This document shows positions 18,101-28,971 of a stretch of DNA of 32,471 bases, piece by piece; position 1 is the stretch's first letter; each line of letters opens with the position of its first letter. Below the pieces are notes generated by a model that did not search any database, had not been told where the DNA came from, and saw only the letters and a program-made list of their open reading frames with translations. The translations under genes were made by a program, and so were the position numbers. This stretch comes from a bacterium (GTDB lineage: Bacteria > SAR324 > NAC60-12), in contig CBDDTI010000435.1 in the NCBI GenBank assembly GCA_965233585.1, positions 1 through 32,471 on the forward strand, in the 5' to 3' direction.

Positions 18101-18736
18101 CCGTTGGCGGTGGGGTTTGCGATTTTGGAACTATCCAAACTCTACATGTATCGATCGTACGACAAATTTAGACGTTACTTTGGAACGGAGAATCTAAGGT
18201 TGTGCTTTTCGGACACAGACTCGTTTCTGTTTCAAGTAAAATGTCAAAATTTAGTTAAAAAGTTAAAAAGAATGGAACACATGTTCGACTTCTCAAAATA
18301 CGATAAAGATCACGAGTTGTTTGACGATAGCAGAGCCAATCATTTGTTTTACTTCAAAGACGAGCTAAAAGGAAAGGCCGCAATTACTGAATTTATCGGC
18401 TTAAGGCCAAAATGTTACAGCATGACGGTCAAGGATTTGAAAACCCGAGGAGCCAGCGTAAAGAAAATTTGTAAGGGCCTTAAAAAAACTAGTATTAAAA
18501 ATCACTTGACCTTTGAGGATTATAAAAAATGTTTAAACGAATCAACATTGGTATATAAGCCTCTTGTTAATATTAAATCAAAGAATCACAGAATGTCAAC
18601 AACCTACCAACGGAAAATTGCTCTATCTGCCATGGACACCAAACGTTATGTGCTTTCTTGCGGAAAGTGCACTTTGGCCTTAGGAAGTTGTCATGTAAAA
18701 AAATGTTATAAACATGAATGTAAGGAAATCAAATAA
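15173..18736 (+). CDS. polB: Protein-primed family B DNA polymerase, 5 exons (15173-16368, 16443-17227, 17290-17465, 17527-17893, 17949-18736; 1103 aa)
   Basis: ExoI FADFEC; endonuclease VII-like insert CHIC...DHDHVTG....AHSICNL; splicing restores FHNAKGYD (ExoII), YVDANNLYG (A) and KLFANSTFGKFIEN (B); FSDTDS (C), RKGVYPYEY and GLRPKCYS present; all introns GT-AG. Confidence 0.95.
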
Positions 18737-18798
18737 ACGTATTGATAAAAATTGATCGTAATATTTTGTCTCTTTTTTGTGACAAGAAAATTAAAAAC

Positions 18799-19485
18799 AT
18801 GGACGGATTTGATTTGCGCTTTAAGCTTCCATCTAACTTACTCGCGGTAGGTCCCACTTCTTGCGGAAAAACGTCATGGCTAAAAAAACTGGTTGAAGAT
18901 AGGGCCGTAATGTGCTCGCCCGTTCCGGAATGTATGATTCTATTTTACAAAGAATTCCAACCGACCTATGCTGATATGGAGCGGGGGATGAACGATGACG
19001 CGCGTGAAAAGAGGTTTTGCAAATTTTCATCCATGCCAGAATCGGTTGAAGAGATGAAAGATATACTGGAAACGTTCCCTAGAGCTCTTCCGAAAATTGT
19101 GGTATTTGACGATTTTCTTGATGAAGTAGGATCGGTGCTAAAGCACTTTTTCACGGTTTTAACGCATCATTATAATTGTTTGACAGTTTTTTTGTGTCAG
19201 AACATGTTTAGCGCCAAAAGCGAACTCAGAATGCTCAGCATCAACTCGCAGTACATGATTTTATTCAACAATCCCAGAGACCGTAGCGCCGTCTCGCACC
19301 TGGCTAAACAGGTGTATCCGGGTAACGTGCATCGGCTAAACGATGCATATGCGGCAGCAACCGGTGAAAGACCTTATGGCTATTTACTGCTGGATTTTCA
19401 TCAGCAGCAAAATAATTTGGTTCGATTAAGAAGTCATATTTTTCCGGACGAACAGCCTACAAGGGCGTACAACGTACGCACGTAA
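18799..19485 (+). CDS. A32/FtsK-like DNA packaging ATPase
   Basis: Walker A GPTSCGKT, Walker B IVVFDD, HHYN, QN.F, NSQYMILFNNPRD, PYGYLLLD; ATG 18799 preferred over the TTG at 18742. Confidence 0.93.
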   Translation: MDGFDLRFKLPSNLLAVGPTSCGKTSWLKKLVEDRAVMCSPVPECMILFYKEFQPTYADMERGMNDDAREKRFCKFSSMPESVEEMKDILETFPRALPKIVVFDDFLDEVGSVLKHFFTVLTHHYNCLTVFLCQNMFSAKSELRMLSINSQYMILFNNPRDRSAVSHLAKQVYPGNVHRLNDAYAAATGERPYGYLLLDFHQQQNNLVRLRSHIFPDEQPTRAYNVRT

Positions 19486-19515
19486 GAATGGCAAAATCGT
19501 TAAGTAGAATGGTAA

Positions 19516-19869
19516 ATGACGAAATCACTAGAAAAAGCAGTTTCTCTTTTAAACGCGGTAAAACATTTAAAAGACCGTGACTGTTCCAATTTCATTGGAT
19601 GTTTAAACGAGGAAGGCATCTATACTCTGTGTCGAATAATACACTACGTTTTGAACGGAGAGCTTACTTTTAGTAAGCGCGTTCGAGCAAGGTTAAGATC
19701 GAAAGTCGGGTGTCATCTGCCTGACTTTAAAAAACTGTCAAATTACCCGCGCAATAGTCGAGATATTTGCAAAAAGAAGCGAATACTGCAAAGAGGAGGC
19801 ATAATCGGGGTTCTGACGGCTATTGCTAGCGCTGTAATACCTCTAATCACTCAACTTATTACAAAATGA
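19516..19869 (+). CDS. Conserved small Polinton virion protein (QxGG site followed by an amphipathic C-terminal helix)
   Basis: KKKRILQRGGIIGVLTAIASAVIPLITQL; typical position after the ATPase. Confidence 0.8.
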   Translation: MTKSLEKAVSLLNAVKHLKDRDCSNFIGCLNEEGIYTLCRIIHYVLNGELTFSKRVRARLRSKVGCHLPDFKKLSNYPRNSRDICKKKRILQRGGIIGVLTAIASAVIPLITQLITK

Positions 19870-21440
19870 AAAAGAAACAGGAAGAGGACGTATCCACCAT
19901 GTTTTTGGTGCCGAAACGAATTTACCTAGCCGTGAGGGAGGTCATTAGCGAAGATGACAAGCTTAATCAATTAGATCAATTGAATAAAGGTACAAATTAT
20001 ATAGAAGACGCTATTCAATTTAAGCAGCAGAAATCCTACAAGACACAACCGGAAGATTTGAAGAAAACGGTTTCAACTTTGGTAAATACGTTCAATAACA
20101 TTGAGCAGCCAGCGCAGATCGAAATAAACTCCTTGCCTGCTCGAAACAGCGAAGAACTCTCGCAAGATGGTTTTACTTCTGTCCCTCCATCAAGCGGAAG
20201 CCAGCTCGATGGTCCTAATTTCATCTTTCCACCTGTAAATCCAACGGAAGCGGAAAACGTAAAACATCAAAAGGAAATAACGCTTTCGCATCAGGAAATT
20301 GCATCGGAAAATTTACTTAATAACGAGCCTCAGCCTCAACATTGCGAACCATCAAACATCGACTTGAAAAAGAAAAACAACGTTCCGCCAAAACTTAGAT
20401 GCCCGTTTTGTAACTATGCAACCTACTCAAGGGTATATTTTCTTATGGAACATTTGCGTAATAAACACAACTACCGCGCTAGTTTGGAAGAAGAAAGATC
20501 AGCAAGAGAAACATTGGAAAAGGCCAAAATTGAGCGCAATTCAAACAAAACCAAGGAACCTTTGCCATCTTTTCGCGGCAAAAGAAAAAACATTAGTGTC
20601 GAGGATGAAAGCGGCATTCCATTAAAGCGGCGAAAACGTGATTGTTTAACTAAAAATTACGATGAAAATGAACCACTTTCGAAATTAAGACGCAATGTAA
20701 AAAATAAAAAATTAAATGCAAAACCAACAAAGAAAAAGGTAAAAAAGTCAACTTTTGATGAAAACGAGCCACTTTCTAAATTAAGACGTCAAGGTGTAAA
20801 AACGAAGAAAGAAAAGAAAGAAAAGTCAACTTTTGATGAAAACGAGCCACTTTCTAAATTAAGACGTCAAGGTGTAAAAACGAAGAAAGAAAAGAAAGAA
20901 TCAAGAAAATTAACTGTTGATGAAATACCTAAACAAGATGGGAAGCTTTTTAAATTACGAAAAAACCCGTTTTACATGAAGCCTTATAAAAAATACAATA
21001 CGAAGAAAGAAAAGAAAGAATTAAAAAAGTTGACTGTTGATGAAATACTTAAACAGGATGGGAAGCTTTTTAAATTACGAAAAAACCCGTTTTACAAGAA
21101 GCCTTGTGAAAATTACGATGAAAATGAACCACTTTCGAAATTAAGACGCAATGTAAAAAATAAAAAAATAAATGCAAAACCGACAAAGAGAAAGTTAAAA
21201 GAGTCGACTTTTGATGAAAACGAGCCACTTTCTAAATTAAGACATCGAGGTGTAAAAACGAAGAAAGAAAAGAAAGAGTTAAAAAAGTTGACTGATGATG
21301 AAATACAGCTTTTTAAATTACGAAAAAACCCATTTTACAAGAAGCCTTATAAAAATTACGATGAAAATGAACCACTTTCAAAATTAAGACGCAATAGTAA
21401 AAAAAAAACCCGTTTTACAAGAAGCCATTTCCTAAATTGA
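19866..21440 (+). CDS. Lys-rich repetitive protein with one C2H2 finger
   Basis: ATGA overlap; MFLVP motif; CPFC...HLRNKH; six DENEPLSKLR and three LFKLRKNPFY repeats. Confidence 0.75.
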   Translation: MKKKQEEDVSTMFLVPKRIYLAVREVISEDDKLNQLDQLNKGTNYIEDAIQFKQQKSYKTQPEDLKKTVSTLVNTFNNIEQPAQIEINSLPARNSEELSQDGFTSVPPSSGSQLDGPNFIFPPVNPTEAENVKHQKEITLSHQEIASENLLNNEPQPQHCEPSNIDLKKKNNVPPKLRCPFCNYATYSRVYFLMEHLRNKHNYRASLEEERSARETLEKAKIERNSNKTKEPLPSFRGKRKNISVEDESGIPLKRRKRDCLTKNYDENEPLSKLRRNVKNKKLNAKPTKKKVKKSTFDENEPLSKLRRQGVKTKKEKKEKSTFDENEPLSKLRRQGVKTKKEKKESRKLTVDEIPKQDGKLFKLRKNPFYMKPYKKYNTKKEKKELKKLTVDEILKQDGKLFKLRKNPFYKKPCENYDENEPLSKLRRNVKNKKINAKPTKRKLKESTFDENEPLSKLRHRGVKTKKEKKELKKLTDDEIQLFKLRKNPFYKKPYKNYDENEPLSKLRRNSKKKTRFTRSHFLN

Positions 21441-21592
21441 TTGTTAGAAAGTTTTAAGAAAAACAAGATAAAAAGATAAAAATAAAATTTTCATATTTTT
21501 GCAATTTCCTTAACTATTTAGTAACAGCATTCCGTTGAAGTTTATAGCAAAAAAGAAAAGAAAAACCCGAGTTATTGAGCACGTTTCTTCGT

Positions 21593-22204
21593 CTATGGAC
21601 CGCTGACATTCTGGTGCCTGGATCTAAAATTTCACGCCAGCGTCAAAATTGAGATCCCGGCACCAGAAAAAGTAATGCAGACAAGTAAAATTTTGATGCA
21701 TGCATGAAATTTTTAGTGCGTGCACCAACTTTTTCATGCCTGCATTAGACAGAGCAATGCAGGCACCAAACTTTTCATGCACGCACCAAACTTCTCATGC
21801 CAGCATTAGACAAAGCAATGCAGGCACCAGATTTTTCGTGCACGCGCCAAACTTTTCATGCCAGCATTAGACGGAGCAATGCAGGCACCAAACTTTTCAT
21901 GCACGCACCAAATTTCTCATGCCGGCATTAGACGGAGCAATGCAGGCACCAAACTTTTGGTGCACGCACCAAATTTCTCATGCCAGCATTAGACACAGCA
22001 ATGCACGCACCAAACTTTTGGTGCACGCACCAGAAATCGGTGTGCATTCAGATGCTTTTAGATTGAATCAGTTGACGTTTTGCTTGCAACGAGAACGCAT
22101 CTAGATGAATTTAGATGAATTTAGAACGCATTTAGATTTTTTTAGATGAATTCGGGCCGAAAACATCTAAAAACACGCTCCCGTCATCCGTTTTTACTAT
22201 TACT
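21593..22204 (-). repeat. Right terminal inverted repeat (5 x 61-bp units at 21728-22032)
   Basis: Reverse complement of 1502-2039 plus one extra 61-bp unit and up to 13 extra terminal bases (TTTTACTATTACT). Confidence 0.95.
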
Positions 22205-22844
22205 TTAATTTTCTTATCAAAAACGCTTAACGGAACGCTATTAAGCCGATTTGAAAAGGAGATGTCGGCTAAGGCTATTTTAGCTCCTTCATTTAAATAA
22301 ATCGGATGGCTCAAATGTACCTCGAAATTGTTGTTTTTCTGCGTAGAATTTATGTTGTCATCCATTTTTGAGTGGACGCGAATGTGCTTTGTCAAATATG
22401 ACATTGCTCGTTTTGTTTTTCGCAAGTGAAGTAAAACTAGACTCGGCTGACCCGATTTTAGTCTCAGAAGTTTGTCGGATGTGTCTAAAAACTCAATGCC
22501 CACTGATTTTATTGAAGTGTTTTGAATAGGATAATATCGTATGTTTTTTAAACTATGGTAGAAATATTTGCGTTTTTTGCTTGAAGGCAAGTCGGCCACT
22601 CATAAGATGTGAGAATTCTCGTTTGAGCTTGTAGACACAATGTTGGATTTAACCTGGACCACGTCAAAAACAAAATCTTGTTTTACATTCAAATGCAGAC
22701 CAAAAGCTACAACCCCAACTTCCAATCTCTTCTTTCGTCTAATTCTAAATTTTTCCTTAAAAAATTGTTAAAACACGTTGGCGTGTTTATGTAACAATCA
22801 GTGCTTGCGTTTGAGATGCAATATATGAGATGTCCTCCTTTCAT
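22205..22844 (-). pseudogene. Truncated, frameshifted penton
   Basis: Matches ~4506-5146; 1-nt deletion near 22722 (TTCCAATC vs TTCCCAATC); cut by the element-1 TIR. Confidence 0.9.
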
Positions 22845-22849
22845 ACTTG

Positions 22850-23958
22850 TTACGCCGGATTAATAACGCTATCTTCCGCAATCCAGCTAAGGTTTTTATA
22901 GCCTTTCCACTTTACCAACACCAACTTCTGCCCGGTTCTTTTATCTTTTTTCCTTCTCACAATTTTTTCAATGCCGAATAATTTCGGCGGCTTGGCCAAA
23001 GTCAGCTCATTAGCATAAAAATTTCCCTCAACCGTCTCGTCACCGTCCAAAGTTTCAGCTCGTATGTAGGAATGGGTAATCGCGTAAACACCTGTCTGAT
23101 CTTGTAAATTTCTTCCGTAAATTGCTTATTGTAACCTCTGTCGAATTGAGCTCTGTAGTTACTTATTCTGACCGTCTGACCTTCCTTAAATTTAGGCGGT
23201 CGCCTCTTTATTTTCGCATAAGCCTCTTCTTGTTTCATTCGGACTTTGGGCGCGTTTCTTGCTTTTTCCGCTTCGGCAGGACTCATACCGATCATTCTAT
23301 GAACGCGCGAGTTATACGTCTTTACTAAAGATTGAAGCACGTGGATAAATCGGTCCGTACCCCTAGATGTCATATATTGAAACATTAGACTTTTAAGAGA
23401 TCTGTTAAATCTTTCTACAAACGGCGCGTGCACAAAGTTGTCGCTGTGTAAAAGAATAATGCCTTTACGTCGACAGTAGTCTTTAAAAAATTTATCCTTG
23501 ATCTCTAACCCTCTGTCAGCCAGAATTTTTCGCGGCGGCTGTCTGGCTTTTTTTACAATGGTTTTGAATCCTTTTAAAAAAACCAAAGCTGTCTTGTTTT
23601 TTATAGGTTCAACAAAGGCATACCTCGAAAAAATGTCGATCGCTGTCAGCAAGTAACGATAATTGTCATTCGCGTTCGCCATTTTCCCAATTTCGACCAA
23701 GTCTATTTGGAATTGATATCTTTTATAATAAACATAGGTCGGGTTCCTGGGTTTTGGGGCCTTAGGTTGTCGGTGCAGAGTATAGGTGTCTGACGCCTGC
23801 AGCCATTTCTTTATTTTATTTATGGGTATGGACCCGTTAAAATGATTAAAAACGCGGTTCGGCGATGAAAAGGCGAAAGGCGAGCAGGGCGAAGTGTAAG
23901 CCTTTAAAAATTCGCGTTTAGTAATCATCCTCATCGTCGTCGTCGTCGTCCTCAACAT
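22850..23958 (-). pseudogene. Integrase, frameshifted before the chromodomain
   Basis: Matches 5152-6261; AGTTTCAGC vs AGTTTCCAGC near 23056. Confidence 0.9.
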
Positions 23959-24334
23959 AAAACAGCGGTTTTTGTTTTGTTTTTCTTCTCTTGCCGCTTG
24001 CGCGCTATTTTTTCTCTTGGCCGGTCTCTTAGACACCTGTGCAGGCCTACTCGCCTTACCAGTCAGTAAGATGTTTCTAGTCGCGGATTTTAATCTCTTT
24101 TTCGCGGCGGCTCCAACCATCCTGCCGTCCAAGGCTTCCAGCGCGGTGTCGATGGCTGCTCGTCCCGCCTCTTTTTAAATATCGTCCCGCTGATCTGACA
24201 CCCTCGCTTCTTGCAATTTTACCGATTGTGTTTGCGGCGCCCTTCGCCACCGGAACCAACGACCGGAAAAGACTGCTAAAAATTGAACCTAATCCCGCCC
24301 CAGCCTGCACAGACGGTCCACGGTGGTATCGCAT
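23918..24334 (-). pseudogene. Core protein (QAGAG) pseudogene
   Basis: Frameshift in the T-run near 24172-24178 and a small deletion near 23998 relative to 6221-6649. Confidence 0.88.
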
Positions 24335-24340
24335 ACTTTT

Positions 24341-25060
24341 TCAATTTTCAATTTTTTTGACGCACCTGCTCAAGGCCATCGGACTAAGGCCTAATTGCTC
24401 GGCTAAACGCGATAAGCTTTTCGGCTTTTCCTGATCAACCCTATTCCGTTGTTCTCTTAAAAAGACGTGGGTGCATGCCGCGATTAGTGTTTTTGGCGAA
24501 AAAACAAACTTTTTTTCGTGTTGCTTAACTTTCTCTCTAATTTCCTTCAACTCCTTGTAGCTTAGATTTAAAGAGTGATGAAAATATTCGCACATTAAAT
24601 TCGGGCTGTAGAAAGAGTCGTCGTTTTTTAGATATTGCCACACTTTGTCCTGCTTGACGCCGGTTATGCGACATAAATCTTTCATCGGCCGCGGCACCCC
24701 CGACTCTATAAGCGCGGTGTAGATGCACATTACCGCTAAACTTTCTAAACAAACTCCTCTTTTCCCTCTTTTCCCGCTAGCGTTCCATTTTTTGGCAATG
24801 GCGCGTTTTAAATCCGCGCATTCGATATTGCACTTATAGCATACCCTCTGCATTGTCTCATCGGTAAAATTGTTTTTGTCGCAAGTCACATACTCGCTCA
24901 TTTTCTCCGCTTTCATCGACTCGAGCCGATAGTCGTACGGAGCATAAATCCGATCATGCATCACGAGCCCACAATCTGTACATACTTCACACCCGTTTGA
25001 AAAATCATCCACAATATTGTAATGAGAACAAGTCCTGTTGAAATTTAGAAAACGAGGCAT
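24341..25060 (-). CDS. TFIIB-like factor, second copy, intact ORF
   Basis: 239 aa, colinear with 6656-7375; Zn ligands kept. Confidence 0.88.
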   Translation of the reverse strand: MPRFLNFNRTCSHYNIVDDFSNGCEVCTDCGLVMHDRIYAPYDYRLESMKAEKMSEYVTCDKNNFTDETMQRVCYKCNIECADLKRAIAKKWNASGKRGKRGVCLESLAVMCIYTALIESGVPRPMKDLCRITGVKQDKVWQYLKNDDSFYSPNLMCEYFHHSLNLSYKELKEIREKVKQHEKKFVFSPKTLIAACTHVFLREQRNRVDQEKPKSLSRLAEQLGLSPMALSRCVKKIEN

Positions 25061-25106
25061 GTTTATTTCTCGGCACGCGCTGCAAAACTGAAACGTGAGT
25101 CAACTA

Positions 25107-25664
25107 TCAATCGCTCTTATATCGTTTTAAAAAATCTATAATAAAGTCCAGACTATGTTTGGCCGCATCTTCGGACTTGGCCCCGATGATTACCATCTTG
25201 CCTGTGGAAAAAATTAAAACCGTGTTGGCTTCAAAAGACACAAACATGCCCGGGAAATGTTCGGGATTGAAGCGTATTTTTTTCACGTAGCTCTCTTTTC
25301 GAAGTTTATCAAAAACGTCCGGCAGCAGTATCTCAAAGCCGGCACGAAAAGAACAAATTAAATTGTTTATTTCCCATGTTTTCACAGAGAAACGATTGAT
25401 GATAATGTCCGTCAGCAGACTTAACGATATTTCTATATCCGCTCGCGATGGCACTTTGGTAATATTGACATGATATGATTTGTCGTTTCTACGAGTCTTG
25501 AAAATGGTGTAGACATATTGTTTCCTCACTACCGTGAAATTACTAAAAACTTTTTGTGACACATCTTTATTTAAGGATAACGGCCCCTCATCAGCAAGAA
25601 TAATTGTGCAGCTAAGCTTTATATTTGTCACAGTGACGTGCTCCGTGTTGTCTAGAAATGTCAT
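25107..25664 (-). CDS. TBP-like factor, second copy, intact ORF
   Basis: 185 aa, colinear with 7419-7979; FNPEHFPG and LIFSTGK. Confidence 0.88.
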   Translation of the reverse strand: MTFLDNTEHVTVTNIKLSCTIILADEGPLSLNKDVSQKVFSNFTVVRKQYVYTIFKTRRNDKSYHVNITKVPSRADIEISLSLLTDIIINRFSVKTWEINNLICSFRAGFEILLPDVFDKLRKESYVKKIRFNPEHFPGMFVSFEANTVLIFSTGKMVIIGAKSEDAAKHSLDFIIDFLKRYKSD

Positions 25665-27004
25665 CGTTGATTAATGGTGGTGTCGGCGGTTTAAATGTGG
25701 ATTTCAATGAATTGCAGGGCGATAGTTTGAATGCGCATGCGACCCCCCTCGAAGACACGGATTTAATATCGGGTCGTACTGTGCTGTATAGTAGCGTGAC
25801 TCCCGTCGAAGATTTAGAAGATGTTACGTTTTCAATTCCTTCCGACCCCGAATGCGCTTTTGTTTTAAATCAGACGAGGCTAGAGGGACACTTTGTGGTA
25901 AAGACTGACAGCGGCGAGGGCGTAGGACCAACTGACACGACAACAATTGCTAACCATTATTGCACCGCATTATTCTCGCAAAGTGAAGTCCACCTTAACG
26001 GAACTCAAATATGTGATTTAACTGCCCCTCTTTCTTATCCGTACAAACATCACATTGATTTTCTCTTGTCCTATAATAATAATGTTTTAACAAATGTGGG
26101 ACGGACCGAGGGCTTTTGTCGCACGCACCACGACAAATGCTATGACAGGCTTGACACGTCCGGTAAAATGGTTATGTGCCAATGCATTGCGGAGAATCGT
26201 CCGAGAATAATGAACGACAAAAAAGTTTATTTTAGCTCAACTTTGCCGGTCGATATTTTTCACACCGACAAATATTTACCTCCGAATGTGGAAATCACCG
26301 TTGTATTACGCAGGTTCAACCCTTGTTTCGGGCTGCTTCAAGATGATCCGAACAAAGTCTATCGCATTCGTTTAAAGGAATTAAAACTTCGCATGAGAAA
26401 AGTGTTACAGTGCGAGCGTGTGCGAAACAGGCTAAATGCCGAACTGCTAAAATGTCGACCTTTTTTTCTGCCTTTTAAAGACACGCAGATGAAGCATTAT
26501 CTGATCCCGTCTGGTTCCCTTAGTTTCTCCGCAAATCACATCAACAATAGCGAGATGTTGCCGAAACAAATTATTTTCTGCATGGTTTGAAGCGACCTTT
26601 TTGCTAAGGGACCAAACTACCATTTTCCCTTTAAGTTTAAAAACGCCGATTTAGCATCTGTAATCTTGAAAAACAACGGGAGACCCCTCTTGCCTAGACC
26701 TATAGAATGCAAGATAGATACAGGCGATTATATGGAATTGTACGACCATTTTCAAAGCAACGTCGGCGGCAGAAATTATATTTCGCCCCAAGCTTTTACA
26801 GAGGGTCGGATGTTTCTCGCGTTCGACCTGACCCCGGATAAATGCCTATCCTTTCACAATCACGTCGGAGTGCCCGGAAATTTAGAAATAGACTTGACTT
26901 TTAACACCGCCACCAGATACCCCACAACCCTGATTTCTTACGCTATTTATAATGCTGCCATTTCCATCGACAGAAACCTTCAGGTTAAAAAAATAAAATA
27001 TTAA
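25658..27004 (+). pseudogene. MCP1 with premature stop
   Basis: CGA>TGA at 26588-26590; the frame continues to 27004. Confidence 0.9.
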
Positions 27005-27087
27005 TAATAAAATAAAAACCACACACCACCGACTTCCCCTCTTTTTAAGAAGAACAGAAAACTACGGACTAGCATGCTTTTTCGACA

Positions 27088-28421
27088 ATGACTGAAAAGG
27101 GCGGCATCGGAGGTCTAGGGTTCGAGCAGGACGATTTGACAGAACAAGCTCTTGATCTGCACGCGCCGCTCGGGGTTGATATAAGCCTTGAAAAAGGCAA
27201 TGATGTGGTCTACAACAGCGTTTCCAGCGTTTCAAACACCGGGCCGATCGAATTCATCATCCCGCGAGACGAAGAGTGTTCCATCATTCTGGATCAGACT
27301 AGATTAATAGGGCATTTCGTTGTCAAGACAGCAAATGATGAAAATGTCGGACCCGACGACCGAGTCTTTTTGGTCAATAATTTCGCGAGCAATCTATTTA
27401 GCGCGGTTGAAATCTTCATTAACGGCACTCAAGTCTGCGACGTGAGCACGGCAAATTCTTACCCTTTTAAAAGCTTTATCCAGACCGAATTGTCGTTTGA
27501 TAGAGAGGCCAACAGAGCCAGCTAAGAGCCGAAGGTTATTTCGAAGAAAAAGAAAACGGTATTGGAGCTTGCGAGCCCGGTATAAATCAGCGTTTAATAC
27601 ACCGTCGAAATCTTATACTTAACGGCAAAAAAGTTTATTTCTGCTCTCGATTGGGGGCGGATATTATGTATACGGATAAGTATATGCCACCGAATGTCGA
27701 CATCAAGATCAAGCTTATTAGAAACACTCCGACATTTGGTATTCTTCACGCCGAAAATGACAAATCTTTTAAAATCGTTTTAAAAGATTTAAAGTTGAAA
27801 ATGAGAAAAGTTTTGCCGGTCGAGCAGCAGAGAAAGCATTTTAGGATGAAAATGTCTCAACAGCCCTGCTATATACCCTTTAAGCTGAGTCAGTTGAAGG
27901 TTTTTGTGATTCCAGCCGGGGTCACATCGTACACCGTTACCAATATTGCCTCACAAATACTGCCCAAACAAGTTATTTTCACCCTAATTCACAACCAAGC
28001 CTTGACGCACGATAGCAAGTTCAACCCGTTCGACTTTCAACACTTTGATCTTAATTATTTCAATCTTATTAAAAACGGTCAATGCGTCTTTCCAAAAGCT
28101 TTTCAGCCGGATTTTGATGATGATAACTACATGGACCTGTACAGACACATGTACGACAGCACGGGTTTTGGCATTTCAAATAGTTCTTGCGACATTTCGC
28201 CCGCGGTTTTTAAGAAAGGAAGATGTTTTCTAACTGCCGATTTGACCCCTGATCGCTGCAACAGTTTCCACATTCACCCCGACCAAAAAGGCAAGTTGGA
28301 CTTGGAATTAGGCTTTAAAACAACCAAGCCTCACCCCATCTACCTGCTAGCCTACAGCATTTTTAATTCCGGAATTAAAATAGAGGAGAACGGCCAAGTT
28401 ATTAGGGCCGAAGAGCGATAA
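27088..28421 (+). pseudogene. MCP2, frameshifted
   Basis: GCCAACAG vs GCCAAACAG near 27511. Confidence 0.9.
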
Positions 28422-28905
28422 TGGCCGGTTTGAGCAACTTATTTCTAGATCGGTTTTTATCTCCACTTTGCAAGAATTTCATTGGCACCTTCGCCGTCAA
28501 CACGTTACCCTCGGACTTGTGGAACACTAGCTGTTGCGCCATTGTCAATCTTTCGGTTTCAAGCCATCCCGGCAGTCATTTCATCGCCTTTTTCATCAAT
28601 AAGCAAAACTATTTGTATTATTTCGACAGCTATGCACTACCCGTGCCCGCCTATAATCACCACCTCATCCATTTTTTGAAAAAATGGGAAAATTGCGGCA
28701 GGATAAGACATGTTTTGGACCGCTTGATTCAAGCTTTCGATTCTTTGTTTTGCGGGTGGTATGCTGCCGCATTCTACATGTTTGTCAATGCATACGCAAA
28801 CGCGAAGCCACGGCACTTTTGCACTTTTTTTATCCCAATAATTTACGCGAAAATGAAAAACGCGTCAAACATTTAGTTAATTGTTTGCAAGTCAAGCTTT
28901 ATTAG
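28421..28905 (+). pseudogene. Protease with C-terminal frameshift
   Basis: TTTATCCC vs TTTAATCCC near 28831; catalytic residues upstream are intact. Confidence 0.85.
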
Positions 28906-28971
28906 AAAATACAGAATTGCCTATATGTTGTATACAAAGCGACCTCTACGGATCTAAAAATAGGCGCCATC

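Larger units (their letters stand above)
1502..22204. mobile_element. Polinton/Maverick (adintovirus-like) endogenous virus, near-complete (element 1)
   Basis: Long TIRs enclosing pPolB, RVE integrase, ATPase, adenain protease, MCP x2 and penton; right terminus ends ...TTTTTACTATTACT (AGT...ACT-type end; exact last base between 22198 and 22204). Confidence 0.96.
22205..28925. mobile_element. Decayed internal fragment of a second Polinton of the same family (element 2)
   Basis: Colinear and highly similar to ~4506-11222 (penton 5' part through protease); no TIRs of its own; several frameshifts and one nonsense codon. Confidence 0.95.

Noticed and set aside
15173..18736. PolB as a fragmented pseudogene
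   Set aside because: All four breaks are GT-AG introns whose removal restores frame and motifs.
4020..20625. Antisense or alternate-frame ORFs (4020, 5425, 6315, 8756, 10341, 10787, 11368, 11965, 12025, 13910, 15094, 15891, 17718, 18833, 18966, 20036, 20416 and copies)
   Set aside because: Shadows of well-supported genes with no recognisable motifs.
22132..22599. 155-aa ORF as a novel gene
   Set aside because: Penton fragment reading through into TIR sequence.
23002..24132. 376-aa core-integrase fusion ORF
   Set aside because: Produced by indels in the decayed copy; the genes are separate in element 1.
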